Positions 56,555 through 64,000 of a DNA stretch of 64,000 bases are shown here, piece after piece. The position numbers were made by a program, and so were the translations under genes. The stretch lies in NCBI GenBank assembly GCA_963674945.2, contig CAXXWQ010000003.1, positions 1,888,001 through 1,952,000 on the forward strand, given 5' to 3'. The stretch's first letter is position 1. Each line of letters starts with the position of its first letter. Below the pieces are notes generated by a model. It made no database searches. It was not told the DNA's origin and saw nothing but the letters and a program-made list of their open reading frames with translations. This DNA is from an uncultured Desulfosarcina sp. Its GTDB lineage: Bacteria > Desulfobacterota > Desulfobacteria > Desulfobacterales > Desulfosarcinaceae.

Positions 56555-57670
56555 CTACTCTTTGGCCAGAATAATGTTGAGCATCCGCCGCAACGGTTCG
56601 GCAGCCCCCCACAGAAGCTGGTCGCCGACGGTAAAAGCGGTCAGGTAGTGCGGGCCCAAGATCATCTTTCGAATTCGTCCCACGGCAACGGTCAACGTGC
56701 CCGACACCGCCGCCGGACTCAAATGCGCCAACGTGGCCGACTTTTCGTTCGGCACCACCGCTACCCACCGGTTGGCCGAGGCGATGGCGTTTTCAATCTC
56801 TTCCAGGGCAATGTCATCGGTAAGCTTGATGGTCACCGCCTGGCTGTGACAACGCATCGCCCCCACACGAACGCATTGGCCGTCGATGACGAAGGGATTT
56901 TCCGTACGACCCAAAATCTTGTTGGTCTCCACCATTCCCTTCCACTCCTCCCGGGTCTGGCCATTGTCCATGGCCCGGTCGATCCAGGGAATGAGACTGG
57001 CAGCCAGGGGCGCACCGAAGTACTCAATGGGAAAATCCGTTTGCGCCAAGGTTTGGGAAATCTGCCGGTCAATCTCCAAAATGGAGGTCGCCGGATCTGC
57101 CATCATTTCCTTGGCACTGTCACCCAGCCGACCCATTTGCGCGACCAGCTCCCGCATGTTGTTGGCACCCGCACCCGATGCGCTCTGGTACGTCATGGTG
57201 CTTATCCACTCGACCCAGCCTTTTTCGAACAGACCCCCCAATGCCATGAGCATCAAGGAAACAGTGCAATTGCCGCCGATATAATCCTTGATGCCGCGCT
57301 CCAGGGCCGCGTCGATCACGTGACGGTTGACCGGATCCAGGACGATGACGCTGTCTTCTGCCATCCGCAGGGTGGATGCGGCATCGATCCAATATCCACC
57401 CCACCCCGCTTGGCGCAATCTTGGATGAATCTCTTGCGTATACCCACCACCCTGACAGGAAACGATGATCTTCATCTCGGCCAATTTGCCAATATCCTTT
57501 GCATCCATCACCGGCTGGGCCCCTTTACCGACGTCCGGTCCGGGTTTGCCGGCTTGGGAGGTGGAGAAAAAAAACGGATCGAAACCGGAAAAGTCCTTTT
57601 CCATTCTCATCCGATCCATCAGGACCGATCCTACCATCCCCCGCCATCCGACGATACCGACACTGACCAT
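56555..57670 (-). CDS. asd: Aspartate-semialdehyde dehydrogenase
   Basis: VGWRGMVGSVLM, WIDAAS, GGNCTVSLML, YQSASGAG, GDQLLWGAAEPLRRML. Confidence 0.97.
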   Translation of the reverse strand: MVSVGIVGWRGMVGSVLMDRMRMEKDFSGFDPFFFSTSQAGKPGPDVGKGAQPVMDAKDIGKLAEMKIIVSCQGGGYTQEIHPRLRQAGWGGYWIDAASTLRMAEDSVIVLDPVNRHVIDAALERGIKDYIGGNCTVSLMLMALGGLFEKGWVEWISTMTYQSASGAGANNMRELVAQMGRLGDSAKEMMADPATSILEIDRQISQTLAQTDFPIEYFGAPLAASLIPWIDRAMDNGQTREEWKGMVETNKILGRTENPFVIDGQCVRVGAMRCHSQAVTIKLTDDIALEEIENAIASANRWVAVVPNEKSATLAHLSPAAVSGTLTVAVGRIRKMILGPHYLTAFTVGDQLLWGAAEPLRRMLNIILAKE

Positions 57671-58200
57671 TTTTTCGACTCCTTTTTCTCTTAAGATGAA
57701 ACTTTTTAGATAAGTCGCAGGTACGTCACTTGTCAAGGTCAATCCATCTTTGGGTCAGGACAACCGCATTTTTATCTAAGGCAACCATAGGGGAAAAAAT
57801 GGACGCCATCGGATGAGTTGAAAGACCGGAATCATCGGATAGAATGCAAATACAGCAGATTCACCGGGAAAGGCCGGTCCACTGCCCCACATGGGAAAAC
57901 AGGCCGATTGCCCAACATCCTCTTGAAATTTCGTCGTCCAACCGATAAGACGCCAACGTTCTGGATTCGTTTCAGGCGAAAGAGTTCATTGCCATTCATG
58001 ATGGTTTCAGAAAAAATAATGAGTTGACCTGATCGAAAACCATGAAAATAATGTCCCTTGATTTCAACGATAGAAAGGCACCCTAGTTATCGGCTAACAT
58101 AACTGCGTCAGACTGGTCCATCGCCACAATCAGCAAAACACCCAAAGAATATGGAAACAGCATTCTTATAGAAATGATTCGGGAAGAAGGAGTATCTGTG

Positions 58201-58557
58201 ATGACCACCAAATTTTACTGCAACAGCGCGACATGCACCCACAGGGAAAAGGGACCATTCGTTTTCGAATTGGCCCAAGAGGCGGTAATGGATGGAAATA
58301 ACCTGGCCACGATCTTCTGCCCACGGTGCCGTAAACCCATGCGACCGCTGATAACGGATCCTGACCAAAGTGGGGGCAACAATCGGTTCTTCTGTCACAA
58401 CGACAAATGCAGCAGCGACCAGCGGGGCCTGTTCTTCATCGATCTGCCCGAAGAAGCGGTAATGGACCAGAACAACCTGGCCACGATCTTTTGCCCGAAG
58501 TGCGGCCGAAAGATGACGCCTTGCGGGAAAAAAGCCCCCAAAGCCGTTAATTTTTAA
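58201..58557 (+). CDS. Small protein with two tandem zinc-ribbon-like repeats
   Basis: Two copies of F.C....C......F...L..EAVMD.NNLATIFCP.C...M; RBS AAGGAG. Confidence 0.8.
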   Translation: MTTKFYCNSATCTHREKGPFVFELAQEAVMDGNNLATIFCPRCRKPMRPLITDPDQSGGNNRFFCHNDKCSSDQRGLFFIDLPEEAVMDQNNLATIFCPKCGRKMTPCGKKAPKAVNF

Positions 58558-58662
58558 TGGCATTTGACAATCCGGACGAGGACTGGCAATATCGATTTGA
58601 AAAAAGTGGTGACTTGCATGAAAAACAATTAACATACAAGGTTTGGGCACATTCCCTCTCCG

Positions 58663-60735
58663 GTGAAATCACGATTCCGATTTCTATTTGCTCTCTTTTT
58701 CCTGTATGCGTTGTCGACTGCCTCCGATGCCGACGCCATGCAACGCATCGTTGTCGGCATTACCGAAAATCCACCGTTTGCTTTCATGGACCCGGATGGC
58801 GAGGCGAACGGCCTGTGTGTGGAAATCATCAATCACGTCGCCGCCGAGACCGGGTGGAAGATCGTGTACCAACCTTGCTCCGGCGCCCAGTGCATACAAC
58901 GTCTGAAAAAGGGTTCCATCGACCTGTTACCGGGGATTCCCGCAGCCTTCGCTTCGAAAGAGACCTGTCTGGTCGGCAAGGAAGTGATTGCCACCGACTG
59001 GGGCCAACTGGTTGTCCACCGGGATCACACCTCTTTTGATATCCTCGATCTGAACGGCAGGAAGGTGGCCGCGGTACGATCCGACCCCTATTTTCATTCC
59101 CTGCAGACCATTTTGCGCGGCTTCGACATCCGCCCCGAATTCGTCTGGTTGGATGATTACCCAAAGGTGCTGGACTGCGTCCAGAAGAAAGAGGCGGATG
59201 CGGGAATCGTATCCCACCTTTTCGGTCGGCGTTCCGCTAAACAAATGGCCATGGGCACCCCCCCCATCCGATTCGGCCCCACACCATACTATTTCGCCGT
59301 CGCCAAAAAAAAACGTAATATTTCGGTGCTCACGACGCTGGACAGTCATTTACGGTCGCTTCGGTCGGATCCCGGATCCTTTTATTATCATGCTTTGCGC
59401 CGCTGGACCGAACCCGAAGGAGATGGATCGTCTTTTCTCGGCCCCAAGACCTTGCGAAACATTGGAATTATTGCCGGCATCATGGTTCTGCTGGGTATCG
59501 GCGGCACAATGGCGAGGAAAAAGCGCAAACATCGAATCATCGCCCTGGAAAATACCATCGCCGCCCAGGAGAAAATTGAAAGTGAATTGGCTGTCGCCCG
59601 GGAAATCCAGCTTCAACTGATACCGGACAATTTTATGTCGTCCCGGAGAAAAGAGATCGACATTTTCGCCTGCATCGAACCGGCGCGGGACGTCGGCGGC
59701 GATTTTTACGACTATTTTTTCATCGACAGGGATTCCTTTTGCGTCGTCATCGGGGACGTTTCCGGCAAGGGCGTACCCGCGGCACTGTTCATGGCAATGA
59801 CCAAAACCATGATCAAATCCACGACGCGCCTGTTGATGGCACCCGAATATATCCTTGCCGAAGTAAACAGGGAAATATCCACAAACAACCCTTCGTCGAC
59901 ATTCGTTACGGTATTTTTGGCAATCCTGGACCTGAACTCCGGGGACATGGCCTACGCCAGTGCCGGACACAATCCGCCCCTGTTCATCGGCGAGAAGGGA
60001 AACACGGTTCTTCTCGGCGAGGCGCAATGTCCGGCCATCGGCCTGGATGAAAATTCCTCATACCGGCAAGCCTCGATTCACCTGCGTCACAAGGAAGGCC
60101 TTTTGCTTTACACCGACGGCGTCACCGAGGCCCAGGATGAAAAGGGCCGACTGTTCACCCAAGAATCGCTGATGAATACCGTCTCCTTGACGGCAAATCT
60201 GTCATCCAAGGATCGAATCGGTGCAATCATGAAGCGGATTCGAGAATTTTCAAACGATCGCCCCCTGGAAGACGACCTCACCTTGCTGGCCTTGACCTAC
60301 TTTTCCCCGGATCTCGTCGGAGACACCGTCAAGACCATCGTGGTGAAAAACGATATCACGGAGATGGACAGAATCGTCGAGGCGATCAACCAGGTCGCCA
60401 AAGCGGTGGAATGCCCACCGGTGGTGGTCCATGACGTCACCTTGGCCATGGAGGAGATATTCTCCAATATCGTCTTCTATGGGTTCGGTGATGAACTTCG
60501 CCACGACATCACCCTGGTCCTGTGTATCGAAGAAGAGATGCTGACCCTGACCCTTCAGGACGAAGGCATCCCCTTCAACCCCCTCAATGTCCAGACCGGA
60601 TCCCAGGATACTCCCTTCGAGGACCGGGACAAGGGGGGCATGGGAATCATCCTGGCAAAAAAACTCATGGACCGTATCGAATACCGCCGGGAACGCGGCA
60701 GAAACATCTTACGAATGGAAAAGCATTTTCGATAA
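58663..60735 (+). CDS. Periplasmic SBP + TM + PP2C (SpoIIE/RsbU) phosphatase + RsbW-like kinase fusion
   Basis: ENPPF SBP; DVGGDFYD, GDVSGKG, AGHNPP, YTDGVTE, DDLT; EEIFSNIV..G, DEGIPFNP, GGMGI. Confidence 0.9.
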   Translation: MKSRFRFLFALFFLYALSTASDADAMQRIVVGITENPPFAFMDPDGEANGLCVEIINHVAAETGWKIVYQPCSGAQCIQRLKKGSIDLLPGIPAAFASKETCLVGKEVIATDWGQLVVHRDHTSFDILDLNGRKVAAVRSDPYFHSLQTILRGFDIRPEFVWLDDYPKVLDCVQKKEADAGIVSHLFGRRSAKQMAMGTPPIRFGPTPYYFAVAKKKRNISVLTTLDSHLRSLRSDPGSFYYHALRRWTEPEGDGSSFLGPKTLRNIGIIAGIMVLLGIGGTMARKKRKHRIIALENTIAAQEKIESELAVAREIQLQLIPDNFMSSRRKEIDIFACIEPARDVGGDFYDYFFIDRDSFCVVIGDVSGKGVPAALFMAMTKTMIKSTTRLLMAPEYILAEVNREISTNNPSSTFVTVFLAILDLNSGDMAYASAGHNPPLFIGEKGNTVLLGEAQCPAIGLDENSSYRQASIHLRHKEGLLLYTDGVTEAQDEKGRLFTQESLMNTVSLTANLSSKDRIGAIMKRIREFSNDRPLEDDLTLLALTYFSPDLVGDTVKTIVVKNDITEMDRIVEAINQVAKAVECPPVVVHDVTLAMEEIFSNIVFYGFGDELRHDITLVLCIEEEMLTLTLQDEGIPFNPLNVQTGSQDTPFEDRDKGGMGIILAKKLMDRIEYRRERGRNILRMEKHFR

Positions 60736-60743
60736 GGAGAGAA

Positions 60744-61115
60744 ATGGCCCTACAAGTAACATCCAGGCAGAAAATGGACGGGGTATACATCCTTGCGCCT
60801 TCGGGCCGGCTGGATACCAATACCTATGTGCTGCTGGAAGAACGCGTATCGACTGTTCTCGCACAGAACCCACACACGCTGGTATTCGACATGGAGATGG
60901 TGGACTATATCTCCAGCATGGGCGTTCGCGTGATCGCCAAGGCACAAAAGACCATGAAAGGTTACGGGGGAAAGGTTGTGCTGGTAAACATGCAACCCCA
61001 GATTCAAAAAGTGTTCGACATCATCAAGGCGCTGCCGTCCCGACAGATATTCACCAGCATGGAAGAGCTGGATGATTATCTGGATCGGATGCAACGTAAG
61101 ATTACCGGCGCCTGA
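60744..61115 (+). CDS. STAS domain anti-sigma-factor antagonist
   Basis: SGRLDT, VDYISSMGVR; RBS AAGGAG. Confidence 0.9.
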   Translation: MALQVTSRQKMDGVYILAPSGRLDTNTYVLLEERVSTVLAQNPHTLVFDMEMVDYISSMGVRVIAKAQKTMKGYGGKVVLVNMQPQIQKVFDIIKALPSRQIFTSMEELDDYLDRMQRKITGA

Positions 61116-61354
61116 TCCCGGGGGAGCCGCATTTGGGATCTTACTGGTCATATGGTAAACCGACAGCGTAAGAGAAACGTGCCGCAATACGAAACCAGAG
61201 AGGTCTGAATGCGACCACCCAGTGAATACCACGGTGTCACCTTGACACATCACATCGATGGGGGATACAACCTGCACCGGTACAAGCCCAACCATCCACG
61301 GAACGCCGTTGGGTAGAACAATGAAAATCCTCGGCGAACAAAGGGGAAAAGGAC

Positions 61355-61645
61355 ATGACAACTGATCCCGCTACCTGGTTGTATGTGGTGATCCAGAAGG
61401 ACGGCATGGAGGAACGGATCGTCGGGCAGACCGACGCCGAACATGACATCTCCTACATTCCCGCTTTCAGGAAAAAGGAGGAGGCCCAGCAAGCCATGCT
61501 CCATCTCCATCTGGAAAGAAAAAGCAAATACGAAGTCCAGGCCATGATCTACGAAGATCTGATCGACCACGCGGTGAAAGAAGGATTTGTCATCTTCGTG
61601 CTCGACGAAGAAGGCAAGGTGTTGGAGCGCCTCCCGTCCCAATGA
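61355..61645 (+). CDS. Small hypothetical protein
   Basis: 96-aa ORF with AAGGA RBS and host-like codon usage. Confidence 0.75.
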   Translation: MTTDPATWLYVVIQKDGMEERIVGQTDAEHDISYIPAFRKKEEAQQAMLHLHLERKSKYEVQAMIYEDLIDHAVKEGFVIFVLDEEGKVLERLPSQ

Positions 61646-61673
61646 GTGAGGCAAAAATTGACGGACCGTTGAC

Positions 61674-62363
61674 ATGATCCACTGCGATGCGATCACCTAC
61701 CGGTATCCGGGCGCCGATGCCCCGCTTTTCAATGGACTCGAAATCACGGTTGAAGAGCCTGGCTTCCACGCCCTGTTCGGACCTTCCGGCGTCGGAAAAA
61801 CCACCTTGGCCAGAATCATTTCCGGGGAACTCACCGGTTTCTCCGGAGAGGTAAAGAGAAACGGCCATTATCCCTGCCTTTATACATACAACGGAGAACG
61901 CCTTCCCGGTTGGTCATCGGTGGGACGCCATCTGGAGCGTACGACGCCGCAGGGCCGTGAAGCGCTCCGGGAAGAGTTGGTGGTGCATTTCGGCCTGTCG
62001 GACCTCATGGACATGCGATTTTCCCAACTCTCCATGGGACAATGCAATCGGGTCAACCTGCTTCGATACCTGCTCCAGGAGTTCAGTGTACTCATCATGG
62101 ATGAAAGTCTGGCCAATGTGGATGAGCCGACCCGCCAGACCATTCTTTATAAGATCAAATCGCTTTTTCCACAGGCCTTCTTTCTTTATATCTCTCACAA
62201 CCTCGTGGAGGTGGTTCGTTTTTGCGATCAAATCGTCGTATTTCTCGGCGTCCAACAACATTGCCAGGTTCGGCAGATGCGAGGATTGGATCACCAAAAG
62301 GATCAAAGGCTGGACAGAAGTCGCATGGAGACCAGCATGCTGGAGATCATGAATGCTCATTAG
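61674..62363 (+). CDS. ABC transporter ATP-binding protein (NitT/TauT-like)
   Basis: GPSGVGKTT, LSMGQ, LIMDE, ISHN. Confidence 0.88.
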   Translation: MIHCDAITYRYPGADAPLFNGLEITVEEPGFHALFGPSGVGKTTLARIISGELTGFSGEVKRNGHYPCLYTYNGERLPGWSSVGRHLERTTPQGREALREELVVHFGLSDLMDMRFSQLSMGQCNRVNLLRYLLQEFSVLIMDESLANVDEPTRQTILYKIKSLFPQAFFLYISHNLVEVVRFCDQIVVFLGVQQHCQVRQMRGLDHQKDQRLDRSRMETSMLEIMNAH

Positions 62364-63102
62364 ACGCATTTACCAGTTTCTCATCGTCTATTTTCTATTT
62401 ATTGGCCTTCTCTTTGGCACCAAACTGGTCATGAATCTTTCCGACTACGTCATCCCTTCGCCAATGATTGTCTGGCACACGGGAAAGGCGGAGTTCATCC
62501 GCTACCTCGGTGACGTGCTGGACACCTTTTCCGTGGCCGTACTCGGCCAGGTAATATCGGTCTTCGTTGCCTTGGCAGTAGGGATCGCAGGGCGCAGCGC
62601 CACCTGGTTCGGTTCGTTCATCAAGGTGGCGGTCTATAACATTCAGGCCTATCCCATCGTAGCCATCGCCCCGATTCTCTTCATTCTCCTGGGAGACGGA
62701 TTTGTAACCCGGCTGGTAATTGCCGCGATGATCTGTTATTTCCCATTGTTGTTGTCCATCATCGGTATCATGGGTGAACCGGTAGCCGATATCGAACACT
62801 TCTATCGGGTGACGGGTCGCTTGCGCTGGCAACTTGAAGTGAAAATTCGCGCCTTCGAGAACCTTACCAAACTCACTACGGTAATTTCGGGCAGTGCCAC
62901 ATTGGCCATGGCCGGTACCATCGTGGCGGAATTCATCGCAGCCAATGCAGGGATCGGATACAGCATCCGCATCGCTTTGTATCAAAGCGATCTTTCAAAG
63001 ATTCTCGTTGCCCTGTTCATCATCGGCATCACACTTTCTTTGTACCAGGGAATCTTGGAATTGGTGGGAACGGGTGTCAAAAATCAGTGGGCGCGCGGAT
63101 AG
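62353..63102 (+). CDS. ABC transporter permease (NitT/TauT-like)
   Basis: YVIPSP, PIVAIAP, IVAEFIAANAGIGY. Confidence 0.88.
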   Translation: MLIRRIYQFLIVYFLFIGLLFGTKLVMNLSDYVIPSPMIVWHTGKAEFIRYLGDVLDTFSVAVLGQVISVFVALAVGIAGRSATWFGSFIKVAVYNIQAYPIVAIAPILFILLGDGFVTRLVIAAMICYFPLLLSIIGIMGEPVADIEHFYRVTGRLRWQLEVKIRAFENLTKLTTVISGSATLAMAGTIVAEFIAANAGIGYSIRIALYQSDLSKILVALFIIGITLSLYQGILELVGTGVKNQWARG

Positions 63103-63322
63103 GGTTGCCACGGCACCCATCCGGAAATGGCCAACGCTATCTTCGAAAATCGAACTTTCGTAAAACGCTTTTCCATGCCAAATATGACCAAACAAATACA
63201 CACAAGAAACTCGTTGGTATTTTCCTTGCCGACAGGCGAAAACGAGGGAAAAGCTTTTTATAAAAACGTCTTTTTTAATTCGTATTAATGAACAAGCGCC
63301 TTGGAAGCATTACGAGGGTAAG

Positions 63323-64000
63323 ATGATTTTCCAAAATACCATGGAAAGGTGTTCCATGTGCCGTCTGCTCGTGGTGACACTCGTTTTTTGGCTTTTCGCC
63401 GCAGAAACAGAGGCGAACGGAGAGATTGCCTATCGACTCAAATGGCTGATCAATGCCAGTACGGTTGGGGACGTCTATGCACTGGATCAGGGGTTTTTCG
63501 ATAGGGAAAACCTTGCGGTAGTCGTCAAATCCGGTGGGCCGGAGCGGGATGCCATCCGGGAATTGGAGTTGGGATACGCCCAATTTGGTGTTGCATCGGC
63601 GGATCAGGTGATGCGGGCGCTGGACAAAGGCGCTCCCGTTGTGGTTCTGGCGCAGTTGTTCCAGATCAATCCCCTCCAGTGGATTTACCGGGCCGGAGAC
63701 TTTACCCTGGCAACGATCCAGGACCTGGTGGGAAAAAAGGTTGGGATTACTTACGGCGGCAATGATGAAACCATCATGCGAGCCCTTCTGGCCAGTGCCG
63801 GTTTGAATGAAAAGCAGGTTCACCTGACCGGCGTACGCTACGATTATACGCCTTTTTTACGGAACAGGGTTCCCATCTGGCCGGTCTACCGAAACACCCA
63901 AGGGATCTTTTTAATGGATAAGCTGAACGCAGACGGCGAACATGCAGCCTTTTTCGACCCTTCGACCCATGGTATCCGATTCGTGGCCAACAGCCTGGTC
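63323..64000 (+). CDS. ABC substrate-binding protein, NMT1/THI5-like (runs off the window; absent from the ORF track)
   Basis: Manual translation: signal peptide, then YRLKWLINASTVGDVYALDQGFFDRENL..VKSGGP..AQFGVASADQV. Confidence 0.85.
   Translation, partial: MIFQNTMERCSMCRLLVVTLVFWLFAAETEANGEIAYRLKWLINASTVGDVYALDQGFFDRENLAVVVKSGGPERDAIRELELGYAQFGVASADQVMRALDKGAPVVVLAQLFQINPLQWIYRAGDFTLATIQDLVGKKVGITYGGNDETIMRALLASAGLNEKQVHLTGVRYDYTPFLRNRVPIWPVYRNTQGIFLMDKLNADGEHAAFFDPSTHGIRFVANSLV

Noticed and set aside
57671..58200. Lysine riboswitch or other ncRNA upstream of asd
   Set aside because: No recognisable aptamer consensus or terminator found by eye; an Rfam scan would be needed

Overview
A gene-dense, GC-rich bacterial chromosomal window. 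Gene content and style suggest a Desulfobacterota (Desulfosarcina/Desulfobacteraceae-like) organism; this is inference, not a database result. Main contents: ubiG-ubiE and a UbiA-family prenyltransferase; two hybrid histidine kinases; a HUH/Y1 (RAYT-like) transposase bracketed by 14-bp terminal inverted repeats; sucA-sucB-lpdA; a redox/sulfur cluster (rubrerythrin-like, rhodanese, flavoproteins). A ~14 kb respiratory locus joins Alternative Complex III (actB,C,D,F,A plus a displaced actE-like gene) to a cbb3-type oxidase (ccoN, diheme ccoO, ccoS, a heme-less CcoP N-terminal module, ccoI). An AT-rich island holds two integron-type cassettes (HEPN nuclease; RHH-MazF toxin-antitoxin), each with an attC site, and no integrase is present in the window. 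Housekeeping genes: truD, pcm, thiE, prfB with its programmed frameshift, lnt, asd. A partner-switching module and an ABC transporter close the window. Intergenic DNA is rich in structured repeats: six ERIC-like palindromic MITEs sharing a CAAGG...AACGC(A/C)G core, several heptamer-repeat hairpins (one pair flanks a fossil four-helix-bundle gene), and a ~260-nt nested stem-loop. No rRNA, tRNA or CRISPR array was recognised.
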